Both the position numbers and the translations under genes were made by a program. The notes beneath the pieces were generated by a model that made no database searches, was not told the origin of the DNA, and saw only the letters and a list, made by a program, of their open reading frames with translations. A stretch of DNA of 24,865 bases from Frankiales bacterium (GTDB taxonomy: Bacteria > Actinomycetota > Actinomycetes > Mycobacteriales > SCTD01), in the NCBI GenBank assembly GCA_033851885.1, contig JAWWOJ010000067.1:1-24865 (forward strand). Reading direction: 5' to 3'. Below are positions 7,332 through 15,272 of the stretch, in pieces. Positions within the stretch are counted from its first letter, which is position 1; each line of letters starts with the position of its first letter.

Positions 7332-9680
7332 GTGACAGGTGCCTTCAGCGGCCTGGACGTGCTCGAACTGACCTCGGGGGTCGCCGGACCCATGGTCGGC
7401 ATGATGCTGTCCGACCAGGGAGCGCGCGTGACCCGGGTCGAGCGACCCGATGACCTCTTCGCCGACCTCCCGGGGTACCGGGTCTGGAACCGCGGCAAGC
7501 GCAGCGCCACCCTCGACCTACGCCACGACGCCGACCGTCAGGTGCTGCTCGCACTGCTCCGGGACGCAGACGTCCTGATCGACTCGCTGCGCCCGGGCGC
7601 CATGGAACAGCTGGGACTCGGCCCACAGCAGCTGAGCGCCCTCAACCCGCGGCTCGTCAGCTGCTCGGTCACCGCCTATGGGGAGGGAAACGAACACAGC
7701 GACAGGCCTGGCTATGAAGCCCTCGTCGCCGCCCGCACCGGTGCGCAATGGGCGCAACGCGGCGGCATCATGTCCCATGGAGACCTCGGTGTGCCCGACG
7801 TGCCCATCCCCGACGGTGCCGAGCAGGCTGCGCGCGCGGACGGGCCGCTGTTCAGCGCCTCACCCTGGATGAGCCTCAACGGCTTCTATGCCGCGACGCT
7901 CGCGATCGCTGCCGCACTCGTGGCCCGTGAACGAACCGGCATCGGGCAGCACATCGAGGCGTCGATGCTGCCGCGTGCGTCGTTCGCTCCGGCACTGCCG
8001 GCGGGCGGTGCCACGGGCGGGACGTGGATGAACCTGCGCGGCGCACCGCGAGGCCTGTTCGAGTGCCAGGACGGCCGATGGGTGCACCAGTGGCCGATCA
8101 AGCCGCTGTCCGTCGTGCAGGCGGCCGAGCACGACCGCCTCGAGGACGCAGCCGCCCCGGAGTACACGCACCGGCGGGTGGACCCGAGCCGGATCGGCAT
8201 GGAGCCCGAGAACATCATCGTCTTGTTCCACTACCTCCCGCTCATGCAAGAGGCGTTCAAGAAGTTCCCGGCTGAGGACTGGCGACGCTGGGCCGAGCGG
8301 GTCCACGAGGGCGTCCAGATCGTCCGCAGCCCCGAGGAGGCCCTCTCCGACCCGACGCTGCTCGACGAGGGTCTGGTCGTGCGTGTGCAGGACCCCGACC
8401 TGGGAGACATCCGGCACGTCGGTGTCCTCACGGAGCTGAGCCGCTCGCCCGGCGCGGTCCAGGGGCCGGCTCCCCGTCGCGGCGAGCACACCGCGCTGGT
8501 CCGGCGAGACGCCGCGACGTCGGCCGCGGCGACCGCTGAGGCATCTCCAGCCCGGGTCCAGCGCGCGCCCGTCAGCAAGCCGCTTCACGGTGTGCGGATT
8601 CTCGACATCGGGCTCGCGCTCGCCGGGCCCTATGGCTCCTCGCTGCTCGCCGACCTGGGCGCGGACGTCATCAAGATCAACGCACCCTGGGACGGGCCGT
8701 GGCTCGCGACCGGGATCGGACAGCTGGCCAACCGCGGCAAGCGCAGCGTCCTGCTGAACCTGGGCAAGCCCAACGGCCTGGCCGCCTTCGACGAGCTCGT
8801 CAAGACCGCCGACGTCGTCACACACAACATGCGCTGGGGCGTCGCCGAACGGATCGGCGTCGGCTACGACGACGTGCGCGCGGTGAAGCCCGACATCATC
8901 TACGCGGCCAGCCGAGGGTTCGACCGTGCCCGGTCCGCCGCCAACCTTCCCGGTACCGACCAGTCGGCTTCGGCGCTCGCCGGCCAGGAGTGGGAGGACG
9001 GCGGATGCGGACGAGGCGGACGCCCCTTCTTCGGCACCTCGTTCGGAGACCTCGGCAACGGGTTCCTCGTGGCCATCGGGATCGTCTCGGCCCTCTACGA
9101 CCGGCAGCGCACCGGCGAGGGCCAGGAAGTCGGCTGCTCCATCCTCGGAGCCTGTCTCGCCACGTCGTCGGGCACCTTCGCGTTCCCGGACGGCAGCGGA
9201 CCTGACCACGCCCGTCTCGACGACCTCCAGCTCGGCTTCTCCGCGCTGTACCGCCTCTACGAGACAGCCGACGGGTGGCTCTGCCTGGCCGCCCTCACCC
9301 CCGAGCACTGGGCGGCGCTCTGCACCACCCTGGGTTGCGAGGACCTCCTCACCGACGCGCGCTTCGTGGACCCGGCCAGCCGGCTGTCCAACGACGAGGA
9401 TCTCGGCAAGCGCCTCGGTGATGTCCTGACCTCCCGGAGCGCCGCCGACTGGCTGAGCGTGCTGGACCGGGCCGGCGTCCCGGCCGAGGTGTCGAAGCCA
9501 GGCTTCGCGAGCACCGCGTTCCAGCGCCCGTACCTCGAGTTCTCAGCGACGCCCGCCGCGCCTATCGGCTTCGCGCCGGCGCTCGGCGCGCACACCGATG
9601 AGGTGCTCGCGGAGCTCAGCCTCCCGGCGGATGTGCGCGCCGCGGTACATACCGAGTGCCTGGACCGGTCCCGAGCATGA
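7332..9680 (+). CDS. Family III (CaiB/BaiF) CoA-transferase with two tandem CaiB-like repeats
   Basis: Two copies of the family signature: (1) LDVLEL..GP...NRGKRS..LDL...ADVLIDSLRPG; (2) VRILDI..AGP...LGADVIKI...NRGKRSV.LNL...ADVVTHNMR. Both are followed by RxRTGxGQ. Likely start is GTG 7332 after a G-rich SD. Confidence 0.92.
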   Translation: MTGAFSGLDVLELTSGVAGPMVGMMLSDQGARVTRVERPDDLFADLPGYRVWNRGKRSATLDLRHDADRQVLLALLRDADVLIDSLRPGAMEQLGLGPQQLSALNPRLVSCSVTAYGEGNEHSDRPGYEALVAARTGAQWAQRGGIMSHGDLGVPDVPIPDGAEQAARADGPLFSASPWMSLNGFYAATLAIAAALVARERTGIGQHIEASMLPRASFAPALPAGGATGGTWMNLRGAPRGLFECQDGRWVHQWPIKPLSVVQAAEHDRLEDAAAPEYTHRRVDPSRIGMEPENIIVLFHYLPLMQEAFKKFPAEDWRRWAERVHEGVQIVRSPEEALSDPTLLDEGLVVRVQDPDLGDIRHVGVLTELSRSPGAVQGPAPRRGEHTALVRRDAATSAAATAEASPARVQRAPVSKPLHGVRILDIGLALAGPYGSSLLADLGADVIKINAPWDGPWLATGIGQLANRGKRSVLLNLGKPNGLAAFDELVKTADVVTHNMRWGVAERIGVGYDDVRAVKPDIIYAASRGFDRARSAANLPGTDQSASALAGQEWEDGGCGRGGRPFFGTSFGDLGNGFLVAIGIVSALYDRQRTGEGQEVGCSILGACLATSSGTFAFPDGSGPDHARLDDLQLGFSALYRLYETADGWLCLAALTPEHWAALCTTLGCEDLLTDARFVDPASRLSNDEDLGKRLGDVLTSRSAADWLSVLDRAGVPAEVSKPGFASTAFQRPYLEFSATPAAPIGFAPALGAHTDEVLAELSLPADVRAAVHTECLDRSRA

Positions 9681-9720
9681 CGGACACACCCTGACCGGCA
9701 ACCGACCAGCAAGGAGAGCC

Positions 9721-10797
9721 ATGCCAGAGCGACTCATCTCCGCCGACTCCCATGTCCGCATCACCGCAGACTGGGTACGCGAACGGCTACCCGTGCAAGC
9801 GATCGACTCCTACAACGACGCCGTCGCGACCTTGGAAGCGATCGAGCTCGAACAGCGCGGCGGGAAGCGCCAGCAGTTGGAGGACTTCGCAGACATGGCC
9901 CCCGGCGCGGCCGACCCGGGCTACTGGGACCCGAAGGCCCGACTCGCGGCCATGGACCGTGACGGCGTGCACGCCGAGGTCCTGTACTCGGAGCTGAGCG
10001 CGTTCCGCCAATTCCCACTCGCCGGAGAACACTGGAAGGAGGTCGCCCGCGCCTTCAACGACTCGCTGGCCGACTTCTGCAGCATCGACCCGACCCGCCT
10101 GGTCGCCAGCTACCAGGTACCGATCCTCGACATCGACCACGCCGTGGCCGAGGTCCAACGTCTCGCCGCCCTGGGGGCGCGGTCGGTGCACCTCCCCAAC
10201 TACCCCGCGGAGCTCGGCCATCCTGACTACTTCGACAGCCGCTACGACCCGTTGTGGGCGGCGCTGTCGGAGACCGACCTGGTGATCAGCCAGCACATCG
10301 GGCTGAAGAACACCCTGTTCGACGTCTACGTGCGCGACCCAACGCCGTACAAGAGCATCTTCACGTCGTTGCCGACCCTCATGCTCGTCGAGAACATCTC
10401 GTTCTGGATCATGACAGGTCTGCTGGAACGGTTCCCGGCACTGCGGATCGCGTTCGTCGAGCCGGGCATCGAGTACGTCGTGATGTGGCTACGTCGTCTG
10501 GACGGGCAGTTCAAGCACAGCGGCGAGCGGTTGTTCCCGGGCGTCAAGAAGTTGCCGAGCGAGTACTTCCGCGAGCAGATGTTCCTGACGTTCGTGGGCG
10601 GTGACAGCGAAGGCCTCAGCCTGCGACACGAGGTCGGAGTGGAGAACATCCTCTGGTCCACCGACTTCCCGCACCCGGGTTCGAGCTGGCCGCATTCCCG
10701 CGAGAGCGTCGACCGTCTCTTCGTTGACATACCTCCCGACGAACGGCAGCTCATCGTCGCCGGGAACGCGTCACGCCTGTACGGGTTGTCGGCCTGA
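9721..10797 (+). CDS. Amidohydrolase_2-family metal-dependent enzyme (hydrolase/hydratase/decarboxylase; substrate unknown)
   Basis: ISADSHV N-terminal metal motif, MDRDGV.AEVLY, YDPLWAAL, HIG, GLLERFPALRIAFVE, WSTDFPH. SD AAGGAG lies 4 nt before ATG 9721. Confidence 0.92.
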   Translation: MPERLISADSHVRITADWVRERLPVQAIDSYNDAVATLEAIELEQRGGKRQQLEDFADMAPGAADPGYWDPKARLAAMDRDGVHAEVLYSELSAFRQFPLAGEHWKEVARAFNDSLADFCSIDPTRLVASYQVPILDIDHAVAEVQRLAALGARSVHLPNYPAELGHPDYFDSRYDPLWAALSETDLVISQHIGLKNTLFDVYVRDPTPYKSIFTSLPTLMLVENISFWIMTGLLERFPALRIAFVEPGIEYVVMWLRRLDGQFKHSGERLFPGVKKLPSEYFREQMFLTFVGGDSEGLSLRHEVGVENILWSTDFPHPGSSWPHSRESVDRLFVDIPPDERQLIVAGNASRLYGLSA

Positions 10798-10817
10798 CCG
10801 AGTTGGAAACCGACGAG

Positions 10818-11219
10818 ATGCAGCGCCCGGCACCTTCGATCACGCGCGACACCGCGTTCTACTGGGAGGGTGCCGGACGGGGGGAGCTGCTCATCCAGGA
10901 CTGCGGCAGGTGCGGTGTCCTGTGCCACCCGCCCGCGCCGCTGTGCCCCAGCTGCCACAGTCCACGGCGCACCGTCAAGCAGATGTCAGGGCGCGGACGG
11001 CTGACGAGCTTCATCATCATCCATCACCCCCCGATCCCGGGGTTCGAGCTGCCGATCGTCGTCGGCACGGTCGAGCTCGAGGAAGGTCCACGGGTGACGA
11101 CGAACATCTGCGACGCCGCACGGGACGAGCTCGAACTCGGGATGCCCGTCGAGGTGTTCTTCGCCGCCACCGCCGAGGAAGCGTTGGGCGTGCCGCTGTT
11201 CCGTCCCGTGCGCGCGTGA
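10818..11219 (+). CDS. DUF35 Zn-ribbon/OB-fold protein (ChsH2 C-terminal-like), probable partner of the downstream aldolase
   Basis: FYWEG...GELLIQDCGRCG..HPP..CPSC (CxxC...CxxC), VELEEGPRV, GMPVEV.F. Start ATG 10818 preferred over TTG 10803. Confidence 0.92.
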   Translation: MQRPAPSITRDTAFYWEGAGRGELLIQDCGRCGVLCHPPAPLCPSCHSPRRTVKQMSGRGRLTSFIIIHHPPIPGFELPIVVGTVELEEGPRVTTNICDAARDELELGMPVEVFFAATAEEALGVPLFRPVRA

Positions 11220-12331
11220 GCACCACCCGGCCGCTGGACGCTGCGATCGTCGGGATCGGGCAGACCGAGTTCTCCAAGGATTCCGGTCGCAGCGAGCTGC
11301 AGCTCGCCGCGGAGGCCAGCCTGGCAGCGCTTGCCGACGCAGGGCTGGGCGTCTCCGACATCGACGGCATGGTGACGTTCAGCGTCGACCCGACCGAGGA
11401 CGTCGAGCTCATGCGTGTGCTCGGCGTCCCGTCGCTCGGATACTCCGTCCGGCTCCCGCACGGCGGCGGCGGATCGGGCGCGACCGTCTACCACGCAGCC
11501 GCGGCGCTGGCGACCGGCGCCGCCCGGCAGGTGCTCGTCTACCGGGCCCTGAACGCGAGGTCAGGCCGTCGGTTCGGGCAGCCGCGAGACCCCGCCGCGG
11601 CGCCCAGCGTCGGCTCCGGTTGGTCGTTCGCGCAGTGGCACGCGCCCTACGGAGCCCTCACACCCGCCGCGACACTGTCGATGCACGCCATGGCGTTCAT
11701 GCGCTCCCACGGGCTGTCGAACGAGGACTTCGCCGAGTATGTCGTCGGCATCCGTGACTTTGCGGCGACCAACCCGAGCGCGTGGTTCCACGGCCGGCCG
11801 ATCACGCTCGAGGAACACCAGGCGTCGCGCTGGATCATCGAACCGGTCCTGCGGCTGCTGGACTGCTGCCAGGAGACCGACGGCGGTGTGGCCTTCGTCG
11901 TCAGCACCCTCGAACGGGCGCGCGACCTGCAACAGCGGCCCGCCGTCGTACTCGGGGCGGCTCAAGGGGTGGGAGCCGGCGATGTTGCCGGCCGCGTGTA
12001 CGCGCAGGCCGGTGTCGGACCCTCGGACCTCGACGCTGCCATGGTCTACGACGCGTTCTCCGTCGAGGTGTTCAGGAGTCTCGAGGACCTGGCCTTGTGC
12101 CCGCGAGGCGAGGTCAAGGACTTCGTGGCGAGCGGTGCGATCCGGCGGGGCGGGATCGTACCGGTGAACACGAATGGCGGCCTGATCGGCGAGGGCTACC
12201 TGCACGGGATGAACCTGCTGACCGAGGCGGTACGGCAGGTGCGCGGGACAGCAGCCAACCAGGTGGCAGGCGCCCGTCACGTCCTGATGAGCTCAGGTCG
12301 CGGTGCATGCATCCTGGGAGGCGAGACGTAA
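11216..12331 (+). CDS. Ltp2-like lipid-transfer protein / thiolase-superfamily acyl-CoA aldolase
   Basis: AAIVGIGQTEFSKDSGRSELQLAAEA..AALADAGL, YRALNARSGRRFGQ, LDCCQETDGG, NTNGGLIGEGYLHGMN, EAVRQVRG; no canonical thiolase catalytic Cys. GTG start overlaps the DUF35 stop (GTGA). Confidence 0.9.
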   Translation: MSTTRPLDAAIVGIGQTEFSKDSGRSELQLAAEASLAALADAGLGVSDIDGMVTFSVDPTEDVELMRVLGVPSLGYSVRLPHGGGGSGATVYHAAAALATGAARQVLVYRALNARSGRRFGQPRDPAAAPSVGSGWSFAQWHAPYGALTPAATLSMHAMAFMRSHGLSNEDFAEYVVGIRDFAATNPSAWFHGRPITLEEHQASRWIIEPVLRLLDCCQETDGGVAFVVSTLERARDLQQRPAVVLGAAQGVGAGDVAGRVYAQAGVGPSDLDAAMVYDAFSVEVFRSLEDLALCPRGEVKDFVASGAIRRGGIVPVNTNGGLIGEGYLHGMNLLTEAVRQVRGTAANQVAGARHVLMSSGRGACILGGET

Positions 12332-12342
12332 GCCGACCGTCA

Positions 12343-12369
12343 GAGCTGGCGTGGCGCGCGCCAGTGCTC
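12343..12369. terminator. Possible bidirectional terminator hairpin (no U-tract) between convergent genes
   Basis: CTGGCG (12346-12351) pairs with CGCCAG (12359-12364), extendable by GAG/CTC with a 2-nt bulge. It lies between the stops at 12331 (+) and 12368 (-). Confidence 0.35.
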
Positions 12370-12553
12370 AGGACCTGGTGAAGATGCGTCGCAGACCGTC
12401 GGACCAGCTCCATCCTGCGGGGGCCGCTCGGTGGCCAGTCTGCCGGCCGGCACCGGTCGCCCGCGTCAGGGCTCGGCGCCGGGCGCTGGACGGCCAGTGC
12501 TCCGTCGCCGGATGCCCCTGCCGCAGCGCGTACTCGCGAGCAAAGTGACGCAT
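12368..12553 (-). CDS. Small hypothetical protein (61 aa)
   Basis: AGGAGGT SD 7 nt upstream of the ATG. It fills the gap 27 nt downstream of the LivG-like gene on the same strand. Confidence 0.6.
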   Translation of the reverse strand: MRHFAREYALRQGHPATEHWPSSARRRALTRATGAGRQTGHRAAPAGWSWSDGLRRIFTRS

Positions 12554-12580
12554 CTGACCGACCTCCTGATCACGAGCCCG

Positions 12581-13399
12581 CTAAGTCACGCCTTTGCCGG
12601 TTGCGGTCGAGCCGCCCTCGGCACCCAGGTAGGCGGCCTGGACTGCTGGGTCCCGCTGGACCTGCGACGGCGCTCCGGACGCGATGAGACGCCCGAAATC
12701 GAGCACATGCACGGTGCTGCAGATACGCATCACCAGCTCCACGTCGTGCTCGACGATGAGCACCGCTGTCCCGGTCGCACTCGTCTCGACGAGCAGCTCG
12801 CCCAGCGCAGCGCTCTCGGTCCCGTCGAGGCCTGAGCCAGGCTCGTCGAGCAGGAGCAGGGACGGGCGGGTAGCCAGCGCGCGACCGAGCTCGACCAGCC
12901 GGGCCAGACCGGTCGGAAGGCCGTCGACGCGTTCGCCGGCCACCTCCCGTAGACCCACCCTGTCGAGGATGTCGTCGGCGACCCGGCGCGGGTCACTGCC
13001 ATCGCGCGCCCAGCCCCGTCGGAACTCCGCGGCGGCGAGGATGTTGTCGAGCGCTGTGAGGCTGCCGAAGACCTCGAGTCGCTGGAAGGTCCGCGCCATG
13101 CCCATCCTGGCGCGGCGGACCGGAGTGCGTGCCGTGATGTCGCGCCCGCGCAGCACGATGCGGCCGGCGTTCGGTGTCTGCAGGCCGGTGATGACGTTGA
13201 ACAGCGTGGTCTTTCCCGCGCCATTCGGCCCGATCAGCCCGGTGACCTCACCCGCCTGCACGGACAGGCTGACCGCGTCCAGTGCCCGGACGCCGCCGAA
13301 GGCCACCGACACGTCATGGACCTGCAGCGCCGGGTCCGCATGCTCGTCGCCCCAGCCGTCAACCGCGCTCGGCGCGCTCAAGGTCGTCGTCCGCCTCAC
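12581..13399 (-). CDS. livG: ABC transporter ATP-binding protein, LivG/BraF-like
   Basis: Walker A GPNGAGKT, ARTFQ, Walker B LLLLDEP, H-loop VEHD, C-terminal VQAAYLG. Start (GTG 13399) is uncertain. Confidence 0.92.
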   Translation of the reverse strand: MRRTTTLSAPSAVDGWGDEHADPALQVHDVSVAFGGVRALDAVSLSVQAGEVTGLIGPNGAGKTTLFNVITGLQTPNAGRIVLRGRDITARTPVRRARMGMARTFQRLEVFGSLTALDNILAAAEFRRGWARDGSDPRRVADDILDRVGLREVAGERVDGLPTGLARLVELGRALATRPSLLLLDEPGSGLDGTESAALGELLVETSATGTAVLIVEHDVELVMRICSTVHVLDFGRLIASGAPSQVQRDPAVQAAYLGAEGGSTATGKGVT

Positions 13400-13432
13400 C
13401 CCTTGCTCGGAGCACTCCGCAGAATGCAGTGT

Positions 13433-13452
13433 GCATGTTGTATATCTGATTT
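13433..13452. promoter_or_regulatory. Putative GntR/FadR-type operator (degenerate copy)
   Basis: GCA-TGT-TGTATATC-TGA-TTT, 11/14 to RCA-N3-TGTATACA-N3-TGY; overlaps the predicted start site of the adjacent promoter. Confidence 0.5.
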
Positions 13453-13480
13453 ATTCTGAAGGCTGCGTAGCCGATGTCAA
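13453..13480 (-). promoter_or_regulatory. Putative sigma70/SigA promoter upstream of the livG-like gene
   Basis: On the minus strand: TTGACA (13480-13475), 16 nt, CAGAAT (13458-13453), within an AT-rich patch of a GC-rich sequence. Confidence 0.55.
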
Positions 13481-13509
13481 GCGGTCTCGGGACGGCCGTA
13501 GGTGGTCGG

Positions 13510-13950
13510 TCAGGGAGCGGCGGTGCGGCCCGGCGCTCGGTCGCGGCGCGAGGACGGGGCCGCCAGCGCCTGCAGGGCCTCATGCACCCGGTCCAGGCTG
13601 GCGAGCAGCTGCTGGTCGCGCTCGGCCTGGCGGCGGCTCTCGGCTCGACGCTCCTCCGCGGCGAGCACCTCCCAATGGCCGAAGTAGAGGAAGCCGCCGA
13701 GGATGATCAGCCCCAGCCCCACCAATCCTCCGGAGGCGAGGTACGGCAGCTGGTCGAAGACCAGCGTCGTGTGCGCGACACCCCAGTAGCCGAGTGCCAG
13801 GAACACCAGACCGAGGGGAATCGCCACCGAGCCGGCGGCGAAGAACACCTGCGACAGCGTCCAGCGGCGGACGCCGTCGGTCTCGGCCGCGATGCGCCGC
13901 ACCAGAAAGCTGTGCCGGCTCTGCGTGCCGGGTTGTTCGAGCGTCGTCAT
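13510..13950 (-). CDS. Hypothetical membrane protein (2 TM helices + C-terminal coiled coil), 146 aa
   Basis: Hydrophobic segments FFAAGSVAIPLGLVFLALGYWGV and LASGGLVGLGLIILGGFLYF, separated by DQLPY; charged tail EERRAESRRQAERDQQLLASLDRVHEAL. ATG overlaps the upstream stop (TGATG). Confidence 0.85.
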   Translation of the reverse strand: MTTLEQPGTQSRHSFLVRRIAAETDGVRRWTLSQVFFAAGSVAIPLGLVFLALGYWGVAHTTLVFDQLPYLASGGLVGLGLIILGGFLYFGHWEVLAAEERRAESRRQAERDQQLLASLDRVHEALQALAAPSSRRDRAPGRTAAP

Positions 13951-15272
13951 CACGAGACCTCCCACGGGCATCGTCCAGTCGCCGTTGCAAAGGCCGTCGG
14001 CAGCCGACGGAGGTAGCCCAGTCCCAGCACGAGGGCGGCCGCGATGCCGGCGAGCAGCCACCCGATGGCAAGCGGACCGGGGATCGCAGGCAGCTGGGTC
14101 GACGCCGCGTTGACCGGGGCGATGGCAGGGCCGACGCCTCCCGCGGCGAGGGTGGGCTGGGTGACGGGGCCGCCCACGTTCGGCTGCGGCGCGACCTGGC
14201 CGGTCGACCCGGGGGAGCCCGGGAGCGTCGGCGGCAGGGCCGTCGAGGGCAGGTCTCCGGTGGTCGGCACGACGTAGCCCGGCACGGCGGACGCCGCGGC
14301 GGACGCTCCTCCGAGGGTGACGACGATCTTCTCGTGGGTGTTCGGCCCACCGGGCGCCGGCGGTGGCATCCACGTCACCACGAGGGTGGCTGCCACATAG
14401 CTCGCGGTGCCCGCCGTGGTTGAGGTGGTGGGACCGATGAGCGCGATGGTCATGCCGAGGTTGCGGAGCGCCGTGTTCACGGTCTGCTGCGCCTGACCTG
14501 GAAGCGCCTGACTCGCGCTGGCGGCATGTACGCCGGAACCGTCGATCGCGACGGGCAGCCCTGCGACAGTGGCTCCTGAGACGATGGTGGATCCCGACCC
14601 GGTCGCCTTGCGACCATCGCTGACGACGGACGCCGAGGAGCGGACGGAGGCGATGCTGACGGCACCACCCGCCAGCGTGAAGTCGTGCAGGCTGCCGGTG
14701 GACGTTGCCTTGGCCGTCGAGGCGCCGACCAGCACCGTGGAGCTGTCCGCGCTGGTGTTGCCGAGGGCCAGAGCTGCCGACGCCTGCGCCCCCTGCAGGT
14801 GCGCGGACGCCGAGGCTGACGCCGGATGCGAGTCCGCGAGCAGGGTCATACCCGGGTAGCTCTTGTTGCTCACGCTGCCCTCGTTGTTCTTGGCCTCGGC
14901 GCGGACCGGATCGTCAAGAACGCTCGCCTGGTCGGGCACCTGGCCGCCGCTCGCCCCGATGAGCAGGGTCCCGAGGTTTCCCGCGAGCGCCCCCGGCCAC
15001 ACGGCGCTCGACAGCGCGTAGGAGCCGCCGGTGCTGCCGAGGGTGCTGACCGCCTCGGGCAGGTCACCCTCGGCCTCGGGATGGGCGGTCGCCCCGTCGT
15101 TGTCCTCGGTGAAGCTGAGGGTCGGAGCGTTGGCGGAGAGCCGGTAGGACGCGAAGCCGGACCCGGGTTCGACGGCCGCGTAGGCCGTCGAGGTCCCAGC
15201 TGGGATCAGAGGCGGCACGGCGATGGCCGCGATGATCAGGCCAGTCGGTGCACACCAGCGAATCGATCTCAT
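13950..15272 (-). CDS. Secreted, C-terminally membrane-anchored Ala/Ser/Gly/Thr-rich protein (resembles the choice-of-anchor P type of actinobacterial proteins), 440 aa
   Basis: Signal peptide ending AYA-A; long stretch with alternating beta-strand patterns; Pro-rich stalk; C-terminal TM LAIGWLLAGIAAALVLGLGYL followed by RR. GGAGGAG SD and ATGA overlap with the livF stop. The family name is from recollection, not a search. Confidence 0.8.
   Translation of the reverse strand: MRSIRWCAPTGLIIAAIAVPPLIPAGTSTAYAAVEPGSGFASYRLSANAPTLSFTEDNDGATAHPEAEGDLPEAVSTLGSTGGSYALSSAVWPGALAGNLGTLLIGASGGQVPDQASVLDDPVRAEAKNNEGSVSNKSYPGMTLLADSHPASASASAHLQGAQASAALALGNTSADSSTVLVGASTAKATSTGSLHDFTLAGGAVSIASVRSSASVVSDGRKATGSGSTIVSGATVAGLPVAIDGSGVHAASASQALPGQAQQTVNTALRNLGMTIALIGPTTSTTAGTASYVAATLVVTWMPPPAPGGPNTHEKIVVTLGGASAAASAVPGYVVPTTGDLPSTALPPTLPGSPGSTGQVAPQPNVGGPVTQPTLAAGGVGPAIAPVNAASTQLPAIPGPLAIGWLLAGIAAALVLGLGYLRRLPTAFATATGRCPWEVS

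Noticed and set aside
6221-9308. Long minus-strand ORFs 6221-7510 and 7860-9308
   Set aside because: Antisense shadows of the P450 and CoA-transferase.
9640-9659. Possible sixth operator half-site (ATACC-GAG-TGC) upstream of the amidohydrolase
   Set aside because: Only a partial half-site, lies inside coding sequence, and has no supporting promoter boxes.
10601-11215. N-terminal extension of the Ltp2-like ORF
   Set aside because: Overlaps the amidohydrolase and DUF35 genes in another frame; the real start is GTG 11216.
12360-12502. 10-bp direct repeat GCCAGTGCTC at 12360 and 12493
   Set aside because: Two short copies in GC-rich DNA with no mobile-element context; compatible with chance.
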